A program made the position numbers and the translations under genes. Below are positions 39,812 to 52,845 of a stretch of DNA of 64,000 bases, in pieces (the stretch's first letter is position 1; each line of letters begins with the position of its first letter). The notes below the pieces were generated by a model, which had not been told where the DNA came from, did no database searches, and saw only the letters and a list, made by a program, of their open reading frames with translations. The stretch comes from Octopus vulgaris (taxonomy: Eukaryota), in contig OX597824.1 in the NCBI GenBank assembly GCA_951406725.2, positions 9,672,001-9,736,000 on the forward strand, in the 5' to 3' direction.

Positions 39812-41778
39812 CAGAATCATTCTTGTCAATTGACAATTATGGTTGGAAATACCGTCTGTGAAAAGGAATTGGCGCGTTAAATTATGTTGCCCTATACGTA
39901 ATACAGATACAAAAGGCTCGATACTGCTAATAAGATTTGAAACAATGGCTATTCTCTTATCTGGATTTTATGCTAAAATCTCAATTTACAATCAATGTCT
40001 TTGTAAAATAAATGGTAATTATGATTCTTACTCTGAGAAACAGGTTTCTTCTGCGTTGTGTGACTTTGAAGATATATGAGATGGCCAATATCAACTTTGA
40101 CTTTTGTTTCTCGAGACCTGATTAAAATAAATTCCCTGTACTGGAATTGAAGTAATCGACCAACACTCACTCTTCAAAAATTGTTGGCTTCTGTCAACAT
40201 CAACGAAATGAAATGAAATGAAAATATAAGAAATTGATGGAACGGTGAAAGGAAAAATATCAGTTTAACGAAATTCAAAATTTTCACGTGTAGCGTGAGA
40301 AATGAATAACTAACAACAGTCATGATAAAAACCTGTTGAAGAAACAAGAAGTGTATAGAAAGGCTGAGAGTATAAATGTGGGGTGAATAAAATATATGGG
40401 GAAGAAGGAAAGAAGACGGAAAGAATGAAGTTAGAATGTTGAAGATGACAAAGAAGAGTAATGAGGAGAAAAAGAAAGGGATAGCGAAGGAAATAACAAG
40501 AAAATAATGAATGCCCTTGGGAAAATGTATGAACATCACACGAATCGATTCCACGATTCTATGTTTGAAGCTTTCTGCCAATATAACAATGTCTTATGAT
40601 CTTGTACATTCAATTTATTTCAAAGCTTACTGCAAACTGTCTTTTAACGTATCTTTTTACTAACCTCGGGCTGTGAACTGTAAAAGAACAAAAACGAAAA
40701 GAAGAAGGAAAAAAGTCTCATTGGCGTAAGAGACAGGTCTTAAGTCTGGAGATATTCCATTGGTTGTTTTTGAAGTGTTACAAATAGAGAAATCAACTGT
40801 AATTAAGAATGTTTCATATTATTTTCCATGAATGACAAGACATCGCGGAGTCTGCTGATTCGAAAGGTTGGACAATAATATGGTGGATCTCGTTTGGCAA
40901 TTACAGAATTACAAGTCGATAGTGTGTGTCCCCACGATAGTGTGTGTCCACACTATGGTTCAATTCTTAGTATTAGTCTAAGTATTAATCCCTTCCGCTT
41001 TCCATGGAGCGCCACGTGACGTGCTTGGCACCGACTTACGGGATCTCAGTTCAGAATTTCGAAGTTGAGGTACGGATCTGTAACCCTGGATAAGCGCTCG
41101 TTCCACGTCTTGTCAGCTGAAGCCAGTAGCCGAGTCTGGGTGTCATGTAGGACAGGATCGTCACATCCTGTAGGTATCTAAGAAGGTTTGTCACACCCTA
41201 AGGTCACTACCAACTGCTCATGTGGCGCTGCTCATTTTGGGCGCGGCTACAGTATGGTCGAACGTTTAGGAAATTTGCTCCGAAGTAACAAGATCCCAGA
41301 GTGTTAAGTAGCTGTCTTTTTTTTTATATATAATGTCGATTCGACTCATACATTCTGAGGAAACATTTGTTGAGAAACGGCATTGAAGCTCAAGGGGCGA
41401 ATTCCACTTGAAATTCAAAAAGCATAACGTTGACACTGATTCCTCAAGGGGATTATGTTATGGATGTCTGCCAAATACTCAGCCATTTACACGGGAATTC
41501 ACCTGACCAAACAATTGAATATACATCTTCGAAACCGACACGCGTTCACCATTATTGGGGTTGCAGCAGTTGAGCGTTAGAGATAAACACGTATTAAATT
41601 AATGTTTACAATGCAAAGTAAATATTCTTCAATATACAAGTAATAGATAGCAGGGAATAAATTTTAATGATCTCTGTTGATCACCTGGACAACATATACA
41701 TTGAATTTAGCGGAGTGGTTCAGTACCTCCATATCTCACAGACTGGTTTACCTTTAACGTAATTCTCCGGTTGGATTA

Positions 41779-42215
41779 AGGTGGTGAGCTGGCAGAAACG
41801 TTAGCACGCCGAGCGAAATGCTTAGCCGTATTTCGTCTGTCTTTACGTTCTGAGTTCAAATTCCGCCGAGGCAGACATTGCCTTTTAGGGTCGATAGAAT
41901 TAAGTACCATTTGCGTACTGGAGTTGATCTAATCAACTGGCCCCTTCCCAAAACATTTCGCGTCTTCTGCCTAGAGTAGAAACGAATCCTCTGGTAGGAT
42001 TAAGGCGGTGAACTTGTAGAAACGGTAGCACGCTGGGCGAAATGCTTAGCGGTATTTCGTCTGTCCTTATGTTCTGAGTTCAAATTCCGACTAGGTCGAC
42101 TTTGTCTTTTATCCTTTCAGGGTCGATAAATTAAGTACCAGTCGCGTACTGAGGTTGATCCAATCAACTGGCCCCTTCCCCCAAAATTTCGGGCCTTGCG
42201 CCTAGAGTAGAAACG
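41779..42215 (+). mobile_element. Two tandem variant-tail SINE A copies
   Basis: Heads at 41779 and 42004, both ending gcctagagtagaaacg; the flank motif aat(t/c)ct..ggt(t/a)ggat occurs three times. Confidence 0.85.
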
Positions 42216-42690
42216 AATTCTATGGTAGGATCAGCGTGACATGTGTGCGACAAGGGAGGACTTTTGAACTACAGGTACAGTCAAACTGATGGGCTTCCAT
42301 ACAGTTTTCGTCCACTCACAACAATTTTGACGACCGACCCGAGTCCATGATAAATACACTTGCTTCGTATACCAGTCAATGGAACCGAACGTGAGACCAG
42401 TTGATGCGGGTGAAGCGGACTTTCTAACCTCTCAATCCAGGGATCGTAAAATTCTGTAGTGTTGAATCTTCAACACAGTGACACCTAAAGCAATTATAAA
42501 GTTAGAAATGAAGGATTAATATAATCCCTATAGGCAATGTGAATGAACTGCGATGTCTCCGAGTGGGTATCGAAACTAAATCAACAGATGACAAGATCAG
42601 AATCATATTTCTTACTCCACATTTAAGCGCAGAACTAAAAACAAAAACAACACGAAATTACTCATCAGTTACAATGTATGGTCTTTGTAT

Positions 42691-42778
<88 letters not shown>

Positions 42779-43379
42779 TAGCCAAATCTTTCTCATCTCA
42801 AACTGCAACCAGTCGTCTTCGAGAAGGAAGGACGCATTGGAGTGTGTAGTCCTACCCAAAATAAAGAAGCAAACTGATTAACGACACTGCTGAGATTCGA
42901 ACCAGTGGATATTCGCTCAATAAGGTCGCTGTCCCACAAACTCAACTAAATATCATTACCATTGCAGAATAAATGGTAATTAATGTTCTTAGCGAAACAG
43001 GCTTCTCCTGCGCCGAGATACTTTGAAGATATATGAGATTCGTGGGCAAACAAATGGCTGCTTTGGTTGGCTCGCTGCTTCACTGGTTGGCTGATATAAG
43101 CAGAAATTGATAGCTAACTAGTTAGATGAGTGAACAAATGGATAGGTAGATGAATGGATTATATCGACGGGTTGCGGTTTTATGGATAGATTGATGGATA
43201 AATGAATTGACGGATGGATTAGCGTACACCTGAATGAACAATCTGTTGGATTGCATTGCTGAGAGATAGACAAGCGTATGATAGAATGCATCGGATTCCG
43301 TAGTCACTGTTCGGAACGGAATAAAAGAATTAGATTTCTTCGGCTGTTTGTTGGTGATGGCGATGGTAAGTAAGTGTGG

Positions 43380-43790
43380 TTTATCATGGCGGCGATGGCG
43401 GTGATGACGATGGTACTGACGAGTGGGATAATAGTTGAGGGTGCTGGTGGTGGTGGTGCTGGTGGTGGTGGTGCTGGTGGTGGTGGTGGTGGTGGTTGTT
43501 GTGGTCATGGTGCTGCCGGTGGTGGTGGTGCTGGTGGTATGTTAAGAACAAGACAACGATGTCGTTGGTGGAGATATCCATGATGATGATGATGATAGTA
43601 GTTGTTCTGGTAGTGGTGGTGGTAGTGGTGGTGGTAGTGGTGGTGGTAGTGATGGTGGTGATGGTGGTGGTGGTGTTCGTCGTCGTGGCAGTGGAGGCGG
43701 TGGCGGCGGTGCAGGCGGTGTTGGTTGTTGTAGCGGTGTTGGTTGTTGTAGCGGTGATAGTGATAATGTTTATAGTGGTGATGGCGGAGT
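43380..43790. repeat. Degenerate (GGT/GAT/GTA)n trinucleotide tract
   Basis: Direct reading. Confidence 0.85.
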
Positions 43791-43869
43791 TTTGTTATTA
43801 GGTACAAGTCGGTGTTATCACTTCACAAACTTAGAAAAAAGTAGCCGTACTGATAAGTATGTGTGTGTG

Positions 43870-43932
<63 letters not shown>

Positions 43933-44564
43933 GTGCAGAAATGGCCAAAAGATCAAAGACGTTCGATTCGCAGCAATGACGTCCGGGTTCGAATCCAATA
44001 CATAACCTCTTAGGCAAATATCATTTTCTATAGCCGCGGTTCAATCTACACCCGAATCAAATTAAGTTGACGGAAACTGTACAGAATCCCCGCCAGATAG
44101 ATTGCACCTGCAATTCAGAAAGTCCAGCGTTGTCCCGTTCTGTGTCACAGATACGCACTGATTCTGTCTTTGAATCATCTTAACACTACACGTGTTTAAT
44201 ACTGCATTGATTTAATTCCTTTATCCTACCCGAAATAGATAATTACGTACCAATTTAAAATTCAGACTAGGATATTGAGTTATTGATATCTGTGTAGTTC
44301 ATATAAATACAGACCTGATTTATAAGATAGGAATTACTAGCATCGAAAAGATATTGCTTTGTATCACTATTCTATAAACAGCTATAAACCCATGGTCGCT
44401 GATGTATCAAACATTCTTCTCTTGTACTTCACAGATATATTCTGATATATTCTATCTTGAACTCGTTACCAGGACATTTCTTCTTGGGAAATTTGACTGG
44501 CAACTGTTGGTGCTGCCATCTACGGTTGCTTTCAGAATTAGGGCGGGAGAAAAAGAGAGATAAT

Positions 44565-44746
44565 TTACGTTCTACCGTTACGTTCTGAGTTCAAATTCCA
44601 CCGAGGTCGATTTTGCCTTTCATCCTTTTGGGGTCGATAAATTAAGTACCAGTTACACACTGGGGTCGATATAACCGACTTAATCCGTTTGTCTGTCCTT
44701 GTTTGTCTCCTCTGTGCTTAGCCCCTTGTGGGTAGTAAAGAAATAG
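44565..44746 (+). mobile_element. SINE family A, 5'-truncated
   Basis: Body and tail match the consensus. Confidence 0.88.
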
Positions 44747-45409
44747 AAATGGAAGGAAGGGTGAAGTTTCCTTTTAGGGGTAGAGAATCGCTCAGAGTTT
44801 ATATTTTTCTTTTTTTTTTGTACTAGCTTGTACATAGTCTAAAATTAGAGACATGCAAATTCGTGAAGCGTTCTATGTTTTTCTTCAATATCTCTGCCAC
44901 AAATACTTCACTAGTTGCCACTCTTCCTAAAGGTGACTAATCCAGTGAGTCGTCTTTCACTGTTGCTGTCCCCTCTTCTAAGAAGTGTTTCTACCGTTGT
45001 TGTTTCTTTCTACAAACATTTGTTTTATCCAGCTCCCTTCCTTCTCATTTCACACATAAATATCATCTTAATTATTTCAGATCTTCCGTTTATCGTTTTA
45101 CGATTCTCCTTTCGTAATTCCAACACACGAAGTGAATGCTTCAGCCTTATTTTATTGCTGGTTGCTTGACGTCTTATTCAGATTGACTTCCATTTATAAA
45201 AAGTCTTGGGGCTCAATTTAATCAATCGATTCTAGTATTTATGAGATTTTTTTCAAACAAAGCGAAAAAAAAGTCTACAATTGAATATTGAGAAAGAATA
45301 CTTCTTGTAATTCAAGGAGTGGGTAAGACTTAAAATCCCAAACAATTGCAATATTTCTTTGAGGTAAAGATACTCCAAGCATTACTAATTTTGAAAGGCG
45401 CAATGATGG

Positions 45410-45732
45410 ACTGGTACTTAATTTATCGACCCCGAAAAGATGAAAGGCAAAGTCTACCTCGGCGGAATTTGAACTCAGAACGTAGCCGCAGACGAAATAC
45501 CTATTTCTTTACTACCCACAAGGGGCTAAACACAGAGGGGACACACAGGGACAGATAAAGGGATTAAGTCGATTACATCGACCCCAGTGCGTAACTGGTA
45601 CTTAATTTATCGACCCCGAAAGGATGAAAGGCAAAGTCGACCTCGGCGGAATTTGAACTCAGAACATAACGACAGACGAAATACCGCCAAGCATTTCGCC
45701 CGGTGCGCTAACGTTTCTGCCAGCTCGCCGCC
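45410..45732 (-). mobile_element. SINE family A, 1.5-mer
   Basis: Full unit plus partial second unit, junction gacgaaatac/ctatttctt at ~45500. Confidence 0.88.
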
Positions 45733-46409
45733 ATAATAGGATATATGATATACCCATTATCATACCCCAAGTAAGTCAATCGCAAAGCAAGTTTCCCGTG
45801 TTTGCTTTGGCGTTGCCTTTCATCATAATTAGTATTAATACAGTGCAATTAATTCAATTATCTCTATCATTTAGCATCACACTTTATCGCTTTTACCTTT
45901 AAGTAAGACACCAAATTAACACGTCTTCAAAATGGCAGCCGTGACTATAGAACTATTTATCTACATTACTCTGCTTTCTAGGTGAGATTAACTTCAATAT
46001 GTTACCAGTAATATATGAAAGTTAATTCTTTTGATTATACTCCTCGCATCATATTAAAGCTGACCTCGCACGTAGTCAAAACAGAAGCCAACATCGCACA
46101 CATCTCCGACGAATTTGATTTGATTCGGACTTTTGTTTTGTTCGGTTTCTAAAAGACTAACGATTCTTATTGTCTTGACAATGATAATTCAAAGTTATAA
46201 TCACGTGCCGATTGCTAGACTTTCACCGTTAAACAATTGCTGCTAACGATGCAATCTGGAAAAAGTAGCATTTATAAAGAACGAAGAAACCTGTGAAAAG
46301 AAGTCAAAATAATAATAAAAAAAAAAAAAACCTGCGAAAAAAGCAGCGATATTCGTACGTGGATACACACAATACATATTTATATACTTATACACATTTT
46401 CAGTCACTT

Positions 46410-46442
46410 AATCACACACACACACACACGCATCATACACAC

Positions 46443-46497
<55 letters not shown>

Positions 46498-46505
46498 TAT
46501 ATATG

Positions 46506-46568
<63 letters not shown>

Positions 46569-46611
46569 GTATATATATATATAAATGTATATATATATAT
46601 ATATATATATA

Positions 46612-46686
<75 letters not shown>

Positions 46687-46770
46687 GGGGGGGGTGTATG
46701 TATGCATGTATGTATATATTTTTGTATGTATGCATGTGTGTATGTATGTATATATCCACACATACACACA
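46410..46770. repeat. (CA)n/(TA)n microsatellite
   Basis: Direct reading. Confidence 0.95.
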
Positions 46771-47529
46771 GCCATATATTGGCAGATGCGCTCAGTGAAT
46801 ATTATTAACTCATCATCGATGCCCCCGAACGACTTCTTTCATTAATTATAAAAGCTTACTGGAAATATCTTTTACATCTTCGTGTCTCATCAAAAGTATG
46901 ACGCTAAATAAATGGTTCTACTAATAAAGTGAGGAACAATTAAACCGTAAGAAGATTCTGTAAGAAAAAAAAATTACAATGAGGAATGTTCTCCCTCGAG
47001 TTTTCGTAAGTATATCTTGAATAAGCGCAACTCAATGAGAAGCATTGTCTCACAAGAAACTACATAGTTATTAGTTGTTCCATGTTAGCAACCACAAAGG
47101 AATCGGTAAAATAAATGTTCTTTTGCGTGTGGATATATTCTAAAGTTAAATAATACCGTTTCTATAATAGGCATTGTGGAATCACGAAATTGATTTCTTG
47201 GTAGAATCAGAGGATTGGTTAGTTAGAAGAATCAATCGAATGGTTTGGAGCTTTTTCGCCTTTGTTTTTTTTGGTTGACTTTTTTTTTTAATCGAACCAC
47301 CAAATGGTTAATGGATGAGAGATTAAATAGGAAGATGTAATGTTTGTGCTTTCCTTTAAAAGATTAGTAGAACCTTATTGCATAGGTAGCTATCTAGAAC
47401 AGCATCGTAAGCGAGATTGTATATAAACAAATTCGGATCAGGCAAGCTAAATAGAAGAGAGATCTATGAAATCTTTAGATTTATAAAACCTTGCTGCTGA
47501 GTTATCTATCTAGAATATATTTATTTTAT

Positions 47530-47834
47530 GCGCCCTTTCCAAGCCTAACCAGGCTCATGGGCCCGGTTTCCCGGTTTCTGTGGCGTATGTGCCCCCCACT
47601 CAGCTGGACGGGATGCCAGTCCATCGCAGCGTTACTCAATAAACAGGAATAAAGAGTGAGAGAAAGTTGGGGCGAAAGAGTACAACAGGGGTCGCCACCA
47701 TCCCCTGCGGGGGCGTCGTGGAGCTTTTAGGTGTTTTCGCTCAATAAACACACACAACTCCCGGTCTGGGAATCGAAACCGCGATCCTTCGACTGCGAGT
47801 CTGCTGCCCTAACCACTGAGCCATTGCGCCTCCA
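47530..47834 (-). mobile_element. SINE family C (tail type 2)
   Basis: Family C head and body joined to cgatggactggcatcccgtccag..gaaaccgggaaaccgggccc; flanked by tctagaata. Confidence 0.85.
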
Positions 47835-47989
47835 CATTCTTTCTAGAATAGCCTTGTTATAATATTTGAAAAACTATGATTATACAAGCTGATTGCGTGG
47901 GAGAACGATGAATAAAAGACTCCAAGAGTTTATGGAATTGGTCTGCTTTCATTAATCTGAATCTTGTCAACCAAATTTGAAAAAAGACA

Positions 47990-49110
47990 ATATTTTCGAT
48001 ACGTTCCTTGTCCTTGTTTACTCGATTTTCGGTGAGTCTTGCAGGCATTGATGCACCGTTCCCCGCATTTTTTCATCCGTAGCAAATCAACGATCCCGTA
48101 AAGGACGTTCTAGCGATCCAAAAAGGGGAGATATTCGGAAGGAGCGAGATCTAGTCTGTATGCAGAGTGTTCCAGCAAATTAAAACCTAATTTTTCAATG
48201 GTTTCAACGGAGTAGGAGGCCGTAGAGGGCATACATTTTCGTGCAACCATAACCCGGCATTTCACTGTAGCCTACACTGGCGACTGTAAACCTCTTTTCT
48301 AAGGAAAACATGTAATGTTTTAGTATACACCCCTTTTTTGTCCCAAAAAATGCTTAGCATCACTTTTCTGTACAAAGTTGGACGTTGAATTTTATTTTCG
48401 CTGGCGATTACGGCTGCTTCCACTCCATAGTCTACCTTTTGAATTTTGGCTCAAAGTGATGGGCCCAGATCTTATCTCTCGTGGCTATTCTCTCCAATAA
48501 TGCTTCACCTTCACATTCGTAGAGGACGAGTAAGCGTTGACAGATCTCTGAGTTCAAATTCCGCCGAGGTCGACTTTGCCTTTCATCCTTTCGAGGTCGA
48601 TTAAATAAGTACCAGTTACACACTGGGGTCGATATAACTGACTTAATCCGTTTGTTTGTCCTTGTTTGTCCCTTCTGTGTTTAGCCCCTTGTGGGTAGTA
48701 AAGAATATGTAAGCGTTGACAGATCTCCCTGCGACTTCACATTGATAAGATTTTTTTTAGCACTCATCTCTCACAGACTTTAGGGAAGCGAAGCTTGTCT
48801 TGGATGAGTTCGTATGCAGAACCATGACAAATTTTCTGAGAACATACCACCTCACTGATGACCACGCGTCTGTTCGCCACAATCATTTCTCGAACTTCTT
48901 GGATCTGTTAGTGGCGGTTGATGGGCGTCCTTCCCCCTCTTCGTGCTTCACCTTTGGCTGGCCATTTCTAAACTTCGCGATCCACTCATTCACACTTATT
49001 CATAGCAGAGCGTTGTCCACATATGTTTTGATGAATTTCAGTTCATGAAACACCTTCAGACTGGAGAAATTGGATCACTAATCTCTGTTCTTCCTTAGTG
49101 CGCATTACCA
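47990..49110 (-). pseudogene. Decayed near full-length mariner transposase, interrupted by a SINE
   Basis: MRTKEEQRLVIQFLQSEG..EWIAKFRNG..EGRPST; LERIATRDKIWAHHFEP (TGDETW-like); EHSAYRLDLAPSEY (YSPDLAPSD-like); stops and frameshifts. Confidence 0.85.
48549..48708 (+). mobile_element. 5'-truncated SINE A with perfect 19-bp TSD
   Basis: gtaagcgttgacagatctc at 48530-48548 and 48709-48727. Confidence 0.92.
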
Positions 49111-50989
49111 GCGGAGCGGTCATTAAGAAAACTGGGGCGATCAGGGTCAAACTTCGGTTACGTAACCACAAGTTCGCTACCTTTTACATGCGAACGCTGA
49201 CGGGATTTCGGCCAACCTAAGGAAAGTCTTGGCGAAAGTGTGGATAGTTTTCGACTTCCAACTTGTATCTATAATAATGGATATTTAAGATCTTATCCAT
49301 TGCTACAGCCTTATTCGATTTTCGGAGTAAACTATAAATTCCAAATTATGTATTATCATAGATTGAATTAGCTGTTATATTTTCATTTCTTTTATTACGC
49401 CCTACTCGTGAACAAGCGATTAAATCTAATTAATTGGAGCAAACTTACATTAGCCTTTAGTTTCATCTTTAACCACCCACTATTTTTGTCAATATTCTGT
49501 AAAATTAAAACCAAATCTGCACCGTATAAGATACTAACATTATCGTAAGTTAACGTCTCGTTGAAGTAGCCACTTACTTTCTAATTAGGCAGGGTTATTA
49601 AATAAGAAATGTTAAGTGTTTTTGCCAGGAACACAACTGAATGCCAAAATTGGATTGTAACCTTACGGTACATGTGCCAACTATTTGTAATTCAAAGTTG
49701 TAATCGAATTAAAATCGTCCGACTACTTCAAGAGATAGTATTTGACAAAATTAATTGATTAATGCTCAGAGAGAAGCAATTAGTTAAATCTATTATCATA
49801 TTTGTGCATTATTAAAAGCCATGCCATTTTTATGAGTTAAATGGTCCTTGCCATTTATTCAAATATAGCGGCAAAATTATTTTAATGCAGATTTGATCAT
49901 ACACGGAATGAAAGCCAGAATAGTTGCTGCTAAAACGAAAACAAAATAGTGTCTGAATTAGTCCAGTTTCTATAAATATTTACTATATTTTCAGCCACGA
50001 TCTCTTCTGGTCGTCTACAAAATATTGTTAAATTGTTGAGATTACATTGTCTGCTCTAAAATATTTTATAGTGACTTTCAATCATTTATAATCGCTATAG
50101 TAGTAGATTTGTTGTTTTGAGTTAACTTACTTGATTTTGATTTTTTTTTTTTTGTCTTCTTTCTGTGGTTTGTTTCTCGCAAGAAATAGTCACAAGCAAT
50201 AGTCCGCTGTCTAAGCGATAAAAAGAATGTGAAATATTTAATTTCCTCTGTATAAGTAGTATTTATTGCCAGACTTACTTTGCTTCCTATTCACGTTGAT
50301 CGATTAGGTTTTCCTCCGTTTCCGTTTGGCTTTACTCTGTTATGTACTTCATTCTGGTTTAAGGAAATGTCTCACAATATAACCCTATTGTACAAAATTT
50401 TAAATACAGAGAAAATTGCGAAGACTTTATATTGCAATATCAAGACATAAAAAAATAGGCGATTACTGGGAATTTTATGTTCTGGTTTTACTTTGCTTTA
50501 ACTGCCAGATCTTTGCTTTGTTGACGAGCAAAACGAGGAATTCGGCTTAGAAGATATGTCTTCAGTGTTAGAGTCTTTGTATTTACTAATGAATGCTAAA
50601 CAGTCAACAGACCCACTGTTTGGGAGTAGAATACCCAATTATCAAGAAAACTTAATAGTTCGAACCTTGTTAGAGACACCTCTGATATCTCTAAAACCAC
50701 CTTATTTTCTCACCTGCTCGTAGACTCTTTCTATGTTATCATTATTAACATTATATGCAGTGGTCCTCGACTGAAAATAAACGGCTGGCAAAATTTATTG
50801 AGGAACCACATAGCGTAGGAATTGCGCAGTTGAGAACGACACTCGTGATTCTAAGCTGAAGTGAAACGTCAATTCAGTTACAATAAGACCAGATAAGGTA
50901 AAATTTAAACTCAGTCATTTTCGTATTTTTAAAACATTCATTTCCTAGCTATGGGCTTCCAGATTTAACAACATATCTCCACAAGTTTA

Positions 50990-51355
50990 CTACCCTAAAG
51001 TCCAACCCCTCCTCAAAGCGGTAGGGTGATGTAAACGGGCCGTGTTAGAGCTATGCCGTCGAGAACTTCGGTTCCTGGTAGGGCCACCCAAGGCGGATTG
51101 GTCTGGCACCGATCGGTATAAGAGCCGCAGCCTGGCCAACGGGGCTCTGGTGAAAATTCCAAGAGGCGTCTGATCGGCAACCGGTGGCTTCGAGGTCGTT
51201 CTGTCCCTGCGTCTGTGGAGACTCCGCGGCAAACGGCGTCCCGTCACTCGGGATATGTTGGGGACCGCTTGTGAATTCAATATTCCCACGAAACTTCTCC
51301 TCAGATAAGAAGCCGGTGAATGCCGTCACAAGTACAAGTACAAATAAGTACAAGT
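50990..51355 (+). mobile_element. Probable non-autonomous RTE-derived element (5'UTR motif plus (CAAGTA)n tail)
   Basis: gagctatgccgt...ggtagggccacccaaggcgga (51048-51097) resembles the recalled RTE/BovB 5'UTR motif gagc(c/t)atgccgt..agggccacccaag; ends in caagtacaagtacaaataagtacaagt. Confidence 0.6.
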
Positions 51356-51907
51356 TGGACAAGTCTCATCTAACATAATGTTGGTCCAATCTTTGTGAGC
51401 GCTGCTGGGCTGACATAAGATTTGCGACAGTCCTTCGGGTGGACTGTACCTGTACTTGGGTGGTAAACTCCGCAAACCTGGCCCTTAAATACCTTAGGTG
51501 AAGTCTACTTAAAGCATCCACTGCCCGAGAATGGTTTATAAGTGATGATGTCTTCATTTTTTTCTATATTCTAAAAATCCCTGTAAAATCAACAATCATG
51601 AGGTATGATCCGTCTTCTTTAAAAAAATATTCCGTTTACTTATTTATTCTCTGACACATGGATTATTTTGGGGTGTTAGCTGAAAACAACAATAATATTA
51701 GTAAATGTGGTCTTTAGAAGGAAGGCTAATTGTTACAAAAACTGCGTGTAAACATGATTAAATCGAGCCGTTATTGTATGAATGCTTCTAGTAACTATCT
51801 CGGAGAAACAAATTCAATTCGGAGAAAGCAAAAACCCTCCTAATTCAATATTCCTAGAAGGCAAACCCGAAATTCTTCTATTATAATCATTTAATATCGA
51901 CCATATC

Positions 51908-52040
51908 GTCATATCACTGCCTTATTGCCAACCTTCAAGCTCAATGCTTGCTTGTTATATCATTGTTTTATTACTAATCTTCAGGCTCAATGCATACTGT
52001 TACATCATTGTTATATCATTGTCTTATTACTAACTTTCAA
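51908..52040. repeat. Degenerate ~46-bp minisatellite, ~3 units
   Basis: atatca(c/t)tg..ttatt(g/a)c.aa.cttca(a/g)gctcaatgc repeated. Confidence 0.65.
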
Positions 52041-52557
52041 ATATGATTTCATCAGATGGATTCCTTAATCATAAGGCAATAACAGCTTGTGTATTTTTTT
52101 ATGAATATATATGCAGTGTTATAAAAATTAACTGAAATCTATGACATTTATACCTGCCTCAAAAATAAAATCTAAATGACTTAACACTCAGAGTTGTTTG
52201 AGGATTTGTTTCACACAAAAATATTTCATTATTTTCCTTTATTAATTGGTCAAACCGTTGTCAGGTTAACTTCACTTTCCTTTTTTCTGAGGGATATAAA
52301 ATTAAGTACCATTGTTCTGCTGACAGTGTACCAAAATTAAAGACAATTTAATGGCTTAAACAGAGGACGAAAGGTGTACCCATGACATTTTCAGGACCTT
52401 AGAAATTCGTGGAAGAAAGGAGGGAAAGTATACATAGATGACTGATTCTGCTCAAATGCCTGCTTCAAAACCGACACCACTAAAGGCCCTAAAGAAACTC
52501 ACATGGTAATGTTAAGACTAACCACAGATTAAATTTGCTACCAAAGAACGAAAAAGT

Positions 52558-52845
52558 GGAGGCGCATGGCCTAGTGGTTAGAGCAGCGGACTCGCGGTCG
52601 AGGGATCGCGGGTTCGAATCTCAGACCGGACGATGTGTGTGTTTATGAGCGAAAACACCTAAGCTCCACGCGGTTCCGGCAGAAGGTAATGGCGAACTTC
52701 TGCTGACTCTTTCGCCACAACGTTCTCTCACTCTGTCCTCCCGCACCTGCGACGGACCGGTGTCCCGTCCAGGTGGGGAACCTAAACGCCAAGGAAACCG
52801 GGGAAACCGGCCCTTATGAGCCAGACATGGCTCGAGAAGGAACAA
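52558..52845 (+). mobile_element. SINE family C (tail type 2 variant)
   Basis: ggaggcgcatggcctagtggttagagcagcggactcgcggtc..ggttcgaatctc head; tail cgacggaccggtgtcccgtccagg..ggaaaccggggaaaccggccc. Confidence 0.85.

Noticed and set aside
43505-43807. His-rich ORF suggestive of cephalopod His-rich structural proteins
   Set aside because: Derived from a degenerate GGT/GAT tract; no signal peptide or ordered repeat motif.
50509-50723. Possible terminal exon (DLCFVDEQNEEFGLEDMSSVLE...)
   Set aside because: About 71 open codons after an AG, but no homology recognised and no linked upstream exon.
51051-51362. 103-aa ORF with a signal-peptide-like N-terminus
   Set aside because: Non-ATG start; the hydrophobic stretch is the antisense of the (CAAGTA)n tail and the rest is antisense to an RTE-like 5'UTR.
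52558-52632. tRNA-like sequence with A and B boxes
   Set aside because: It continues into a SINE body and lacks a proper acceptor stem, so it is a SINE head rather than a tRNA gene.
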